DNA of 64,000 bases from a virus, in the IMG/VR virus record IMGVR_UViG_3300028902_000264; one strand, 5' to 3'. Under the pieces are notes generated by a model, which made no database searches, was not told where the DNA came from, and saw nothing but the letters and a program-made list of their open reading frames with translations. Below are positions 8,759 through 19,263 of the stretch, one piece after another. The position numbers and the translations under genes are program-made. The number at the start of each line of letters is the position of its first letter. Position 1 is the first letter of the stretch.

Positions 8759-9228
8759 ACATTTTTGTTTTTAATTCAAATCCAAGACTAGCAGCAAAAG
8801 ATCATCCAAAGTCATATTTGGTTAAAATGCCTCTTGAAACCGCACAGCTTCTATGCACGGCACACCATGTGTTAAATCCAAACAAATACGATATTCCATA
8901 TAAAAAAACTCACGAGAATCATCCTTGTGCGAAATGGGTTAGACAAACAAAAGAAAATTATTTATGGACCATAGAATATGGTTTAGGTTTGTGTGAATGG
9001 TTTACCAAAACAAGAAAAAAACAACATGGTTGTGAGGAAATAATTCGATGGGCAGAATCATCTGTAGATAAAATAAAATTTCTTGACTCAGGACTTAAAA
9101 CATTTGCACTTGCAATGCCTGATGAATATAAAACAACCGATCCTGTGGTTTCTTACAGAGCTTATTTTAAAGGAGAAAAAAAACGGCTAGCAACATGGGA
9201 ACAAGAAATTCCAGAATGGTGGATATAA
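8755..9228 (+). CDS. Pyrimidine-dimer DNA glycosylase-like (DenV-like) protein
   Basis: MNIF...VKMPLETAQLLCTAH, YKKTHENHPCAKWVR, ALAMP, DPVVSYRAYF. Confidence 0.75.
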   Translation: MNIFVFNSNPRLAAKDHPKSYLVKMPLETAQLLCTAHHVLNPNKYDIPYKKTHENHPCAKWVRQTKENYLWTIEYGLGLCEWFTKTRKKQHGCEEIIRWAESSVDKIKFLDSGLKTFALAMPDEYKTTDPVVSYRAYFKGEKKRLATWEQEIPEWWI

Positions 9229-9231
9229 ACA

Positions 9232-9558
9232 ATGGGAAATAAATCATCATACAGAGAAACAGACCTAAAACAAGCAGAGATTGATGCTTTAAAAAAAGAA
9301 CTTGAAACAAAACAAAAAGAATTAATTCAAATGAAAAAACAGGAAGTTGATTCAATTGCAGATTATTTTTCTGAGGCTTCCTCTTCTTGGTTTGTTTTAA
9401 TGCTTTCTACAGTTCTTTTAGTTTTTCTTTTTAGTGTTAAGTTGCATATAAAAGTTTGGTTTACTATTGTTGCAACGCTGGCAAGCCTTTCAGTCATTGC
9501 ATCTGCATTGTATATGACAAGGTTTGGTTTGAAAACAAAACCAAAGGAGTCAAAGTAA
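9232..9558 (+). CDS. Membrane protein (2 TM)
   Basis: Coiled-coil N-terminus and two hydrophobic segments. Confidence 0.65.
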   Translation: MGNKSSYRETDLKQAEIDALKKELETKQKELIQMKKQEVDSIADYFSEASSSWFVLMLSTVLLVFLFSVKLHIKVWFTIVATLASLSVIASALYMTRFGLKTKPKESK

Positions 9559-9989
9559 TGAAAATAATAGAAGCTGGACAGCATGTTACGGTCAGCAAAG
9601 GCACAAAAGTAATTTTTCTAGCGGGACCAATTCAAGGTGCCGAGGATTGGCAAAAAAAAGCAATTGAAATGTTTGAAACTAGATTTAAAGATATTGACAG
9701 AGTTGTCATCGCAAATCCACGTTCAAGCACACCACCAAAAGTTTGGGATGATTCCATAATCGATTGGGAAACAAAATATTTAAACCTTGCTGCAAGAACA
9801 GGTGTTATTTTATTTTGGATGGCCCCAGAAACGAAGCATTATTGCGATAGAAGTTATGCTCAAACAACGAGGTTTGAGTTCGCAGAATGGCTTACAAAGG
9901 CACAATACGAGAAAGATATTCACCTTGCAATTGGTATTGACCCAGAATATACGGGGCAACGATATATTAAACACCGAATGGGGATATGA
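9558..9989 (+). CDS. Nucleoside 2-deoxyribosyltransferase-like protein
   Basis: IFLAGPIQG...DWQ, IANPR, WETKYL, ILFW, TTRFEFAEW. AAGGAG SD before ATG 9558. Confidence 0.7.
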   Translation: MKIIEAGQHVTVSKGTKVIFLAGPIQGAEDWQKKAIEMFETRFKDIDRVVIANPRSSTPPKVWDDSIIDWETKYLNLAARTGVILFWMAPETKHYCDRSYAQTTRFEFAEWLTKAQYEKDIHLAIGIDPEYTGQRYIKHRMGI

Positions 9990-10276
9990 AAAACATGTTT
10001 AGCTTCTTTTCAACCCTTGAGAGCACAGTTGAAGAAACAATTAAATTAATTCAAAATAAAACTAAATAAAGATGATATTGTTGAAGTTTTTGACAAAACT
10101 AAAAACGAGAACATATTATGCGGGCAAATAGTTTCCGTAAAAAATGAATCTCATGTTTGGTTCAGATACCAAAAAACTGATTCTATGTTTTATAAAGACA
10201 TTAAGTTTATAAAAGTAGATGAATTATGGATTTGTGAGTTTAATTCTAACTGGCAATTGACAATTACTGTAGGGGG

Positions 10277-10305
10277 TTGACGGAGCAACGGGGCGGGCTT
10301 ATATC
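10277..10305 (+). promoter_or_regulatory. sigma70-like promoter
   Basis: GGGGG-TTGACG-N17 (GC-rich)-TATATC, 9 nt before the RNA ligase ATG. Confidence 0.7.
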
Positions 10306-10314
10306 GCGCGAACT

Positions 10315-11484
10315 ATGCGCACCAGCCCAACGTTAAATCACCTTTTGTCAAATCCAATCAGTTCCTTGACACTTCGAGGTGTTTATCCAACACTCGATAA
10401 TTCAAAGAAGTTTTGTAATTTGGATTATGACCAAATAGAGGCAAAGAGCGGCAATCAAATTGTTGAGGAATGCCGCGGATTGGTGATTTGTAAACCTGAT
10501 GGTTCTGAATTCAAGTCAGATTTTTCTGATTTTGGAGAGTTTATTGTATGTTGCCGCCCAATGAAAAGGTTTTATAATTATGGTACTGGTGGAGCTGCGG
10601 TGCTAGATTATACCAAGGTTTATTACATGGAAAAACTTGATGGATCTTGCACCAAAGTTTGGTGGGATCATATTAATAATGAATGGGCGATCGGAACAAG
10701 AGGAACGGCAAAAGCCCATGTGAAAATTGGAGGAATGCACAAAGATTCTGAATTCACATTTACAACCCTGTTTAAAACAATCGTAAAAAATTTTTCTTCC
10801 TTTGTTCAAGAGTTGGACAAAGAATATACCTATTTGTTCGAACTGTGTTCTCAGTGGAACCAAGTGGTTGTAAACTATCCAGAACCATTTATTAGCCTTC
10901 TTGCAGTTATTCACACCAAAACAGGTCAAGAAAAAAACATTTGGAATCTTCCTGAGTCTACTTTTTATTCAAAAGTTAAGCGATACGAAATCTCAACTTT
11001 TGAAGAGATTTTTTCTTTTCTTGAAAAAGCTGATCCTTCAAAGTTTGAAGGATTTGTTGTCATGGATGATGAATTCAACAGAATTAAAGTAAAACACCCT
11101 GGGTACAATTCCTTGAACGCAATGCGTGTTTCTTTTGTGAGCACAAGAAATATTGTTGAATCGATTTTGCTTGGAACCATCGACGATGCAATGTGTGTTG
11201 TTTCCCCTTCTATTAAAGAAGATTGTGAAAAAATTATACAACAGGTTTCCGACTACATTCGAGAAAACGAAGAGGTTTGGCAAGAACTTAAAACAAAAGG
11301 TCTCTCAAGAAAAGAATTTGCGGTTCTCTGTCAAGAAAGAAAGCTTCCTCTTTCTTGGTTTATGAACCTGTATGTAGGAAAGTTTGAATCATTTAAAGAT
11401 GCTTTTGTTTTGGCTGGCAAAACAAAACAAGGGACTTACTCGGACTCATACCTCGACACTATCTACTCATTGGTTTCAAAATGA
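10315..11484 (+). CDS. RNA ligase, T4 Rnl1-like
   Basis: MKRFYNY, EKLDGS, IGTRG, YLFEL, EGFVV, RIKVKHPGY. Confidence 0.85.
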   Translation: MRTSPTLNHLLSNPISSLTLRGVYPTLDNSKKFCNLDYDQIEAKSGNQIVEECRGLVICKPDGSEFKSDFSDFGEFIVCCRPMKRFYNYGTGGAAVLDYTKVYYMEKLDGSCTKVWWDHINNEWAIGTRGTAKAHVKIGGMHKDSEFTFTTLFKTIVKNFSSFVQELDKEYTYLFELCSQWNQVVVNYPEPFISLLAVIHTKTGQEKNIWNLPESTFYSKVKRYEISTFEEIFSFLEKADPSKFEGFVVMDDEFNRIKVKHPGYNSLNAMRVSFVSTRNIVESILLGTIDDAMCVVSPSIKEDCEKIIQQVSDYIRENEEVWQELKTKGLSRKEFAVLCQERKLPLSWFMNLYVGKFESFKDAFVLAGKTKQGTYSDSYLDTIYSLVSK

Positions 11485-11873
11485 AACAAGTGAAAAAACA
11501 ACACAAACTTGATAAGAAAATTATTCAACTTCTTGAACAGAAAAAACCTTACAAGATTTTTATTGATGATGTTAAAACACCTAACATGGTTTTCTCTGGA
11601 GAGGAAACCGAAGGGTGGACGGTTTGCAAGTCTTCTCAAGAGGCAATAAACTTGGTTCAGGCAAATGGTTATTTGCCGCAATCAATTGCATTCGACCATG
11701 ATCTCGGCGGCGAAGATACCTCAATAAAGTTTATTGTTTGGATGGTTAATGCCCATCTCGATGAAAGAATCAAAGGCAAAGTCCCAGATTTTTCTGTTCA
11801 TTCAGATAATCCTTGCGGAAAACAAAACATTGTTTCGAAAATGAATTCGTGGAAAAAAATCTCCGAGCTCTAA
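11481..11873 (+). CDS. Cyclic-phosphate-processing receiver (REC-like) domain protein
   Basis: KIFIDDVKTP, SIAFDHDLG, VHSDNPCG. Coupled to the RNA ligase. Confidence 0.8.
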   Translation: MKQVKKQHKLDKKIIQLLEQKKPYKIFIDDVKTPNMVFSGEETEGWTVCKSSQEAINLVQANGYLPQSIAFDHDLGGEDTSIKFIVWMVNAHLDERIKGKVPDFSVHSDNPCGKQNIVSKMNSWKKISEL

Positions 11874-11883
11874 AGGAATAAAA

Positions 11884-14800
11884 ATGGCAACCAATTCCGA
11901 ACTTCTCGAAATGCTCAAACATCTTGGTATTGATTTTGAAAAAGTTTTAAAACACATCCCTGCTATGTATTGGGATAAAATTTATTTTAGTGAAGAAGCT
12001 GCAAAAAAAGCTGGTACTAAGTATTATGCTGTTATTGATGTTAAAAATGATTCATATTATGTTTCAAACCCAATTTCAACTTATGATAGTCTTGTCAATG
12101 GAAAAATTATTAAATCAGAAGATGATAAAACTCTTATAGATGTTACAGATGCTCTAGGAGAAACTCACAAAGTACAGAAGTGGTTTCATGAAAATGTTGT
12201 TAAACTTATTTCAGAAGGAAAAGATATTGTTTATGCAAAAAGTATGTTTCTCGTAGGTGAAAGAGAAGCTATTAAAAATAAAATAAAAACGAGAAGACCA
12301 GAGTTTGAAACCAATGAGTTTTGTTTTGTTAATTCATTCCCTTCTAATTTTGATGAATCTGAATATTTTGTGTATAATACGAAGTTAGATTCGGTAGGAA
12401 CTGGTGCTTCGTATATTAATGACAAGCTTAACTTTTTCACTTTTAATCATAAAAAAATAACAGAGATTTCTAAAAATGGAACAGTCGAACGTATTAATGA
12501 TAGAATTTCAGCGAGTGAACTTACAGGCATAAAATGTTTTTTTATGGAAGCCATCGAAAACTTGGTTTCTGTTAAAACCGAACTCGAAACCAAAGAAAAA
12601 ATTATTCTTTGTGCAAACACAAAAGAATCTGAAGCCAGGACTGTTTCTATTCCTTTTAGCGAATTGAAAAAATATGTTTCCTTGTGGAAGTTCAACAATC
12701 TTGTTATCGCTGATCGACTTGGGGGATCTTATTTTCCTGAAACCCAACACAAAAACAAAACTCATGGTCATGTAGATATCATTCTTGATGACAAACAAAA
12801 TTTAGTCGCCGTTCACAACTATGGCAGAAATGGTCTGGGCAGCTCAAACCATTTGGTCAAGCCAGCTTTGTCTGGCGGATACACTTCTTATTATACTGCC
12901 AACAGTGTTAAGATTACCGAAACAGAAGCTGAAAACCTACGAAAAGAAGAAATTGAGCTCAAAGATTTTTTTGATGTTAAAGCATCCATTCCAAAATGGA
13001 TGTATGATGAGCTCTTATCAAAAGAAGAAGAAATTGTATTTTATACGTCAGAAACATATCATGAGGTTTTTGCCAAAGTAAAAGAAAAACTTATTGGTAA
13101 AAACTTTGTCGCAATCAATATAGGTCATCCTAAGTCTAAAGACAATATTAGCTTTTCAAGATATGAAAATATTTCCAAAGATACATTATTTAATAATTCA
13201 GTGTCTGGGATTCCAAATCTTAAAGATCCAACAGAAATTAAATATCTTTTGTTCGATAAAAGAAAAACGGAGCCCGAAATTTGTGTGTTTGGTCATCAAA
13301 CATTTGGAACCCATAATACTCAATCGGTTGACGAACAATACAAATACATTGTTAAGCAATATAATCAAAAAACAATAAAGTTAAAACAAAAGGAATCTTT
13401 TCAAAAAGAAGTTACTTCTTACCTGAAAGAGCATCCAAAAACTAAAACAAAAAGTCTCTTTATATATTCTTCAAAAGAAGAGTATCTTCAGAATAAAAGC
13501 CGCCTCGAAGAGATTTCTGCTCCAATTGCAATTTGGTTTAAAGATGAAACCACGATTGAATATGACACAAATGCTGCATATCCAACCGTGCCTGGGCAAT
13601 TCCCACCAGTAGCGATAAAACAAAAAGAGCTTTTACCTGATTTGATAGAATCTAGATACTCTCAATATGAGTGTATCGACGATTATTACTATCGATACAA
13701 GCCTCTGTATAAAATATTGCAAGAGGTTATTGAACCCTATAAGTCTCTGATTCAGTTAAGAGTAACACCCGCTGCGTTGCCAAATACTTTACAATATAAT
13801 TCTTCTACAGAGCTTGTTTTACAGGGAATTGAACTTGGAAATCTGCATCGCTTTGATAGCAATAAAGCTAGCGGCACACTAAAAGATGAGATCAAATCTC
13901 ATCTCGAAAAAACATATGAGAAATACTTTACAAGAAAAGACAATCCACCTGCAATACTAAAAACACTTATCGAAGAAAACGATGGGTTTAAAGTGTTTGA
14001 ACAGTTTATCGAAACTGTTTCGCAAAAAGATTTTAACAGACGGGCACTAGATCCATACAAACTTTTTTGTATTGAAGATTCAGTTGTGGTGAATCTTGTA
14101 GATGAATATTCTGAGTGTCACAGTTTTAATTTAACTGATGAAACTAAAGTTAAAGAATTGCATTCGATTTTAAGTTCTATGAAAACCAAACTTCTTAAAG
14201 AAGAAGAGAGAGGAAAAGAACTTAGAGATAGGTTTAAAGAGATTATTAAATCTGTTGGTGGCCAAACCATAAAAAGAGGAGAAGATGTTATATACGATAG
14301 TTTTTTTACAGACTTCGCCCTTACCGAAAAACTATCTTCATCAAGTTCCGTTAATGATCTTATTGAACAAAGTTTAACAAAAACTTATGAAGCCATTGAA
14401 GACACGGTAAATATTCTAAAAGATGAAGGTGAGTTTCTTTTTCTTTCGAAAAAGTTTGCCAAAGAGTTTCCCGAAGCTTTTCTAGAGCTATATTTTGTTG
14501 AATCTGGCGAACAGTATGATAATTTTAATCATCGCGTTGGCGAATATTCTTATGGAATGTGTTTTGAATCTAGTAAAGGCATTTATACTTTATTTGATCG
14601 AAATGGAAAACCTGCTTTCAGTTTTTCTAAAAGCGAAATGCTTAGCTCTAACAATGATAAAGTTGTTGAATATCTAAGAAGTTATTTCAAAAAATGGGAA
14701 GAAGAACACCTTTATTTGGAAGATAAACATCTTTACTTACCAAAGAAATATGATTTCATCATAAAGGACCCAAAACTAAACAAACTTGTTATGTATGATA

Positions 14801-15438
14801 CAGATATTTCTTCTAGCGAAAAAGATTCTTTGCCAAAAGACAGAATCGAAGTTTCTTATAATGAAATAGCTTTTTATGCTCGCGGTATACTTTATGGAAA
14901 AGAAGCTTTTGCCTATGCGACAGATGATGAATCTATCGACATTGAAGATTTCAAGTCTTGTATTTCGCCGCTGCTAAAAGTGGCAGAAATCGCAAAATCC
15001 GATGCCCAAATCGTTGCAAGGCGATTGGTTGCGAAAAACATTAAAGACCTAACCACAAAAATTCTTCTTGCGCTGGCAAAGACAAAGAAAGATATTCCTG
15101 CGATTGAAAAGTTTCTTGAGACTTCTCAAGGGCAGGCTATTGTTGGATTGGTTTCTAGTTTAATTCTAAAAACTTCAATTTCTTATTTCGATTCAAAATA
15201 TCGAAACATCATAGAAGAAATTTCAACCGAAATGAGAATTGCATCTGAAACAGACCTTGCTCTTGGTGCGGTGGACTTTATCCAAGAAACCTTTGAAAGA
15301 GGTTTGTTGAGTAACCATCCTGAACTTGTTAGGGTTGCAGTAGAATCATTTGATCAAACAAAAGAAAAAGAAGACTTTGGTTCTGAGGATTATTCGATTA
15401 TTGAACAACGGTCTCAATCTCCAAAAATGGTGAACTGA
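11884..15438 (+). CDS. Large modular protein, shared-CTD family member 1
   Basis: 1184 aa. CTD AKSDAQIVARRLV...EMRIASET...ELVRVAVES. Paralog of the next gene. Confidence 0.85.
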   Translation: MATNSELLEMLKHLGIDFEKVLKHIPAMYWDKIYFSEEAAKKAGTKYYAVIDVKNDSYYVSNPISTYDSLVNGKIIKSEDDKTLIDVTDALGETHKVQKWFHENVVKLISEGKDIVYAKSMFLVGEREAIKNKIKTRRPEFETNEFCFVNSFPSNFDESEYFVYNTKLDSVGTGASYINDKLNFFTFNHKKITEISKNGTVERINDRISASELTGIKCFFMEAIENLVSVKTELETKEKIILCANTKESEARTVSIPFSELKKYVSLWKFNNLVIADRLGGSYFPETQHKNKTHGHVDIILDDKQNLVAVHNYGRNGLGSSNHLVKPALSGGYTSYYTANSVKITETEAENLRKEEIELKDFFDVKASIPKWMYDELLSKEEEIVFYTSETYHEVFAKVKEKLIGKNFVAINIGHPKSKDNISFSRYENISKDTLFNNSVSGIPNLKDPTEIKYLLFDKRKTEPEICVFGHQTFGTHNTQSVDEQYKYIVKQYNQKTIKLKQKESFQKEVTSYLKEHPKTKTKSLFIYSSKEEYLQNKSRLEEISAPIAIWFKDETTIEYDTNAAYPTVPGQFPPVAIKQKELLPDLIESRYSQYECIDDYYYRYKPLYKILQEVIEPYKSLIQLRVTPAALPNTLQYNSSTELVLQGIELGNLHRFDSNKASGTLKDEIKSHLEKTYEKYFTRKDNPPAILKTLIEENDGFKVFEQFIETVSQKDFNRRALDPYKLFCIEDSVVVNLVDEYSECHSFNLTDETKVKELHSILSSMKTKLLKEEERGKELRDRFKEIIKSVGGQTIKRGEDVIYDSFFTDFALTEKLSSSSSVNDLIEQSLTKTYEAIEDTVNILKDEGEFLFLSKKFAKEFPEAFLELYFVESGEQYDNFNHRVGEYSYGMCFESSKGIYTLFDRNGKPAFSFSKSEMLSSNNDKVVEYLRSYFKKWEEEHLYLEDKHLYLPKKYDFIIKDPKLNKLVMYDTDISSSEKDSLPKDRIEVSYNEIAFYARGILYGKEAFAYATDDESIDIEDFKSCISPLLKVAEIAKSDAQIVARRLVAKNIKDLTTKILLALAKTKKDIPAIEKFLETSQGQAIVGLVSSLILKTSISYFDSKYRNIIEEISTEMRIASETDLALGAVDFIQETFERGLLSNHPELVRVAVESFDQTKEKEDFGSEDYSIIEQRSQSPKMVN

Positions 15439-15440
15439 AA

Positions 15441-18400
15441 ATGAATGGAAATCTAATCAAGCTAGGAAACACAGAAGTTTATGTTGATTTAGAGAAAATT
15501 AAAAAACACATTCCTCCAATTTATTATGAAAGAATGTTTCCAACCATCGAGGCGGCGAAAGCATCGGAAAAAAAGTTTTATGCGGTCATAAATGAAAAGG
15601 ATAATAATTATTATGTTTCTCACCCGCTTGCAGACTATCCTAGTTTGATAAATGGGAAAGAAGAGAGATTTGGTAATGAAACTACCCCAACTCCTTTTAA
15701 AGATGATCTAGGAAAAACAACTTCTTTTCCAAAATGGATCGTGGATATCCTTATTCCAATTGTTTCAAAAGAAGGCAAACAAAAAGTTGTTATTGGAACA
15801 ACAAAAAATTATTTTAATGTTAAAACTGAACTTCGCGAAAAACCTGAATACGATAATCTTGAGTTTTGTTATGTAAACGAGGGCAGCGCTGGCGATGGTT
15901 TTCGATACGCTATGTATAACACAAAAATTGACTTTGTTGGACGCGGAGCTTATTATTACAATAATAAAATAAACTACTATAAAATACTGAATTCTGGTAA
16001 ATTAACCACTTCAAAAAACGGAGATTTGTTTATAGAAGATGGAATCTGCCAGCGCAAATGTTCCGAAATATTAACAAAAATAATTTCAAATTCAAAGTTT
16101 GAACCAATAAACGAAGAACTAAAAGTTAAAGAAGAACCAATCAAAAAAGAAACACCTATAGAAGAAGAAGTTGAACTTCTTACGCAGACAGGACAGTCCA
16201 TTAAAGTTAAATTGGATTTGCTTATGCAACATATTCCGCTATGGGGTTTTTCAAATTGTCTTATTGGAGGAGGAAACTATACTCCTCCTGAATTCATAAA
16301 CTCTGCTAGTAAATCAACGTTAACGGATGTTTATATCAAAGCAGATCAAATAGAAAGTATTAAGAGATATCAAAATTATTCACATGGCAGGTCTTACCGC
16401 CATATAGCAAAAAAATCTTATAAAAAAAATTTGACAACTGGGGAAGAAACTATTGAATATACAAATGTGGTTTGTGATCCAAAAGAAGATATAAAAGAAG
16501 ATCTTCTTAAAACAGAACTCGTGACAGATGTTTTTGGGACACAAGGTCAAATACCAAAATGGCTGTACAATGATTACCTCTCTGAATATGAGAAACAAAA
16601 CATTGTTTTTGTTGACGGCAACAGCGGCGATTCCCTTATTAATAAAATAAAAGAAAAGTTTGGAAACAAAGGTTTTGTTGAAATTAATTTAAAAAGAAAA
16701 GGCGACGAAAACAAGATTGGAATTTTAAGATGCGAGAACGCATCATTGGTTAGAAACTATGATTTGAATGCGACACCAAATCTACAAAATCCAGCAGAAA
16801 TTAAATGGATGTGTTTTGACAAACAAAAACATGAAGTCGAATATTGTTTATTTGGCCACGAAGGATATCGCGAATATATCAACAGCGAGGTTTTAGAAAC
16901 CAAATATAAAAATGATGTAAATCGATATAAAACAGCAATAAAACTTTATAATGAACAGGTAACGAAGAAACTGAAATTAAAAAAAGATAAAGAAGCCCAA
17001 GAAAAAGTTGTTGAAAAACTCCTAGAAAACAAAGACTTAAAAAGAGAATGGATATTTTCTTCAAAAGAAGAGTATCTAAAAAACAAGTCTGAAATTGAGA
17101 AGTCTGGTGCTCCTCTTGCGATTTGGTTTGAAAAAGATAACGAAGTTGTTACTGACCTCGATGCAAGATATACAAAACCAGAAGACATGAAAAGACTTCG
17201 AAAGTTTAACCTTAATGTCGAATTTAACGATCTAAAAAGTCATATTTCAAGCAGGTTACTTAGTTTTGACAAAATTGATGGTATATATAGGTTTCGCCCA
17301 ACACTTAAATATATTAACGATTTGATTTTGAAATTCCCGATTAACCTTTCTTTTTCTAAAGAAAAGAAACCTTTTGAATTTAATTGGTATGAAAACAATA
17401 AAATTGAATTTATCGGAGAAGGAAACAAAGTTTTAGCAAGTTGTGATATTTCTTTAAATGATATTGCAACATGGGCAACAAGTGTTGTCAACCAACATAT
17501 TTCTTGTTATCTTCCTAAAGGAAATGCAATTCCTTCTTTTCTAAAAACAATAGCAGATCAATTTAGTTCTTTTCCGAAAAAAATTAAAATAGTTGAACAA
17601 AACAAGTCTGTGGATATTGAACCATATGATATACATCTAAACCAACACGGAAAACTATCGTTTTATAGTGATTCTAAGGAGTTGGTTGCTGAATTATCAA
17701 CCTTGACAGAAGAAGGGCGCAACGGAATTAAAAAAGAATTTGAAAAATTGCATGCCCAACTAACGGAAAATAGAACAAAATGTACCGAACTCTTAAAAGA
17801 ATACAAAAAAGTGTTTCAAGAAATTATGGAATCTCCTCTTGAAGAACCGCAACTTGCTAATACTTTGCAACGGTATGGAACTGTGTTTGGAATATTCGAA
17901 ATAAATACCAATTATCCCACAAAAGCTATAAATGAGAAATTTGAAAAACAACTTAACGAAGTTAAAAAGAAGATCGAATCAGAATTCTCCTTTTATTCAG
18001 AAGATTCTCTGTGGAAACTTCCAATTCAAGTTTTGAAATTCTTTCCAGAAGACTATAAAAATACATATCAACCATATGGACCAGTTAAGATTGCCGAATT
18101 TTCTGATGTGGAATACTATAATTCCAAACACCCTTATACAATTTATTTTTCTAAAAAGGAAAATTCTTATGCTTTTTCAGATAAGAATGGAAAAATAGTT
18201 CTGACGATTTCTGAACATGATTTTCTAAACGCAACAACCGAAACCGTTTCTGCATTAGCTGAGTATTTTGAGATATGGGAAAATGAACATTTTTATGTTG
18301 GAAGTGAAAAAATTTGCTGCCCTAAAGTTTTAGAAAAATATATTAAAAATGAACAAATCAAGAAAACAATAGGAAATACCGAAAACGGAATTGTGATTGA

Positions 18401-18998
18401 AGCCAATCGACTCACATATTACATCAATGGATATCCAAACCATGTAATGTTTTCTATTGGGAACTTTAACGAAAATGAACTTGATAAAATATTTGAAACC
18501 ATCAAAAAAGAATCGTCTTCAATAAAAAAAGTGGCTCAAATTGCCGAATCAGATTCAAAACTTGTTGCAAAACGCTTGGTTGTAAAAAACATAAATGACC
18601 TATCTTGTTCTGTTCTTTTAACGCTTGTAAAAGCAAAAAAAGACATTCCTTCGATAGAAAAACTTCTTCAAACCACCCAAGGGAAAGCTATTATAGCTAT
18701 GTTCTCAAGTTTGTTATTAAAAGCTTTGTCGAATTATTTTGATGCCAAATACAAACCAATTCTGAATGAAATAGTTGACGAAATGAGAATTTCTGCGGAA
18801 ACAGAAGTATCACTTTCTGTAATCAACTTTGTCGAAGAGGCAATTCTTGAAAAACTAAAATCAAATCCCGAACTTGTTCGAGTTGCTGTCGAATCTTTTG
18901 AATCAACTAACAATTCTTTTTCTGGCTTACAAGAAGACTTGGATGAAAAAGTTTCTTTTTTTGAAACTGTTCAAACCAACAATAAACTGGTGAACTAA
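15441..18998 (+). CDS. Large modular protein, shared-CTD family member 2
   Basis: 1185 aa, colinear with member 1. AESDSKLVAKRLV...EMRISAET...ELVRVAVES. Confidence 0.85.
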   Translation: MNGNLIKLGNTEVYVDLEKIKKHIPPIYYERMFPTIEAAKASEKKFYAVINEKDNNYYVSHPLADYPSLINGKEERFGNETTPTPFKDDLGKTTSFPKWIVDILIPIVSKEGKQKVVIGTTKNYFNVKTELREKPEYDNLEFCYVNEGSAGDGFRYAMYNTKIDFVGRGAYYYNNKINYYKILNSGKLTTSKNGDLFIEDGICQRKCSEILTKIISNSKFEPINEELKVKEEPIKKETPIEEEVELLTQTGQSIKVKLDLLMQHIPLWGFSNCLIGGGNYTPPEFINSASKSTLTDVYIKADQIESIKRYQNYSHGRSYRHIAKKSYKKNLTTGEETIEYTNVVCDPKEDIKEDLLKTELVTDVFGTQGQIPKWLYNDYLSEYEKQNIVFVDGNSGDSLINKIKEKFGNKGFVEINLKRKGDENKIGILRCENASLVRNYDLNATPNLQNPAEIKWMCFDKQKHEVEYCLFGHEGYREYINSEVLETKYKNDVNRYKTAIKLYNEQVTKKLKLKKDKEAQEKVVEKLLENKDLKREWIFSSKEEYLKNKSEIEKSGAPLAIWFEKDNEVVTDLDARYTKPEDMKRLRKFNLNVEFNDLKSHISSRLLSFDKIDGIYRFRPTLKYINDLILKFPINLSFSKEKKPFEFNWYENNKIEFIGEGNKVLASCDISLNDIATWATSVVNQHISCYLPKGNAIPSFLKTIADQFSSFPKKIKIVEQNKSVDIEPYDIHLNQHGKLSFYSDSKELVAELSTLTEEGRNGIKKEFEKLHAQLTENRTKCTELLKEYKKVFQEIMESPLEEPQLANTLQRYGTVFGIFEINTNYPTKAINEKFEKQLNEVKKKIESEFSFYSEDSLWKLPIQVLKFFPEDYKNTYQPYGPVKIAEFSDVEYYNSKHPYTIYFSKKENSYAFSDKNGKIVLTISEHDFLNATTETVSALAEYFEIWENEHFYVGSEKICCPKVLEKYIKNEQIKKTIGNTENGIVIEANRLTYYINGYPNHVMFSIGNFNENELDKIFETIKKESSSIKKVAQIAESDSKLVAKRLVVKNINDLSCSVLLTLVKAKKDIPSIEKLLQTTQGKAIIAMFSSLLLKALSNYFDAKYKPILNEIVDEMRISAETEVSLSVINFVEEAILEKLKSNPELVRVAVESFESTNNSFSGLQEDLDEKVSFFETVQTNNKLVN

Positions 18999-19002
18999 AA
19001 CA

Positions 19003-19257
19003 ATGGCAATAAAATTCTTCGAAGTGGTTGATAAACAAGGACTAAATAAAATAACCGACAAAGATCTTTTTTATATTTTTGTTGTGGATGAAACTACTGG
19101 AAGTTATGGCATGGAACTTGCTACGGTGTCCGAGGACATTGCGCTTGCGACGGCGAGTGTTTACGCTCGTGTGAGCAAGCCTTGCGTGTGCCTTTTTAAA
19201 AAAGGAACAAAACTGTTTACTGTGAATCAAGACGGCACAAAACTTCTTCTCGGATAA
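19003..19257 (+). CDS. Small hypothetical protein inside the array
   Basis: 84 aa, fills the gap between members 2 and 3. Confidence 0.6.
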   Translation: MAIKFFEVVDKQGLNKITDKDLFYIFVVDETTGSYGMELATVSEDIALATASVYARVSKPCVCLFKKGTKLFTVNQDGTKLLLG

Positions 19258-19263
19258 ACAGCA

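Noticed and set aside
14990-15438. CTD as a Bacteroidota type IX secretion signal
   Set aside because: T9SS CTDs are beta-sandwiches with a different motif. This domain looks helical, and the promoters are not of the Bacteroidota type.
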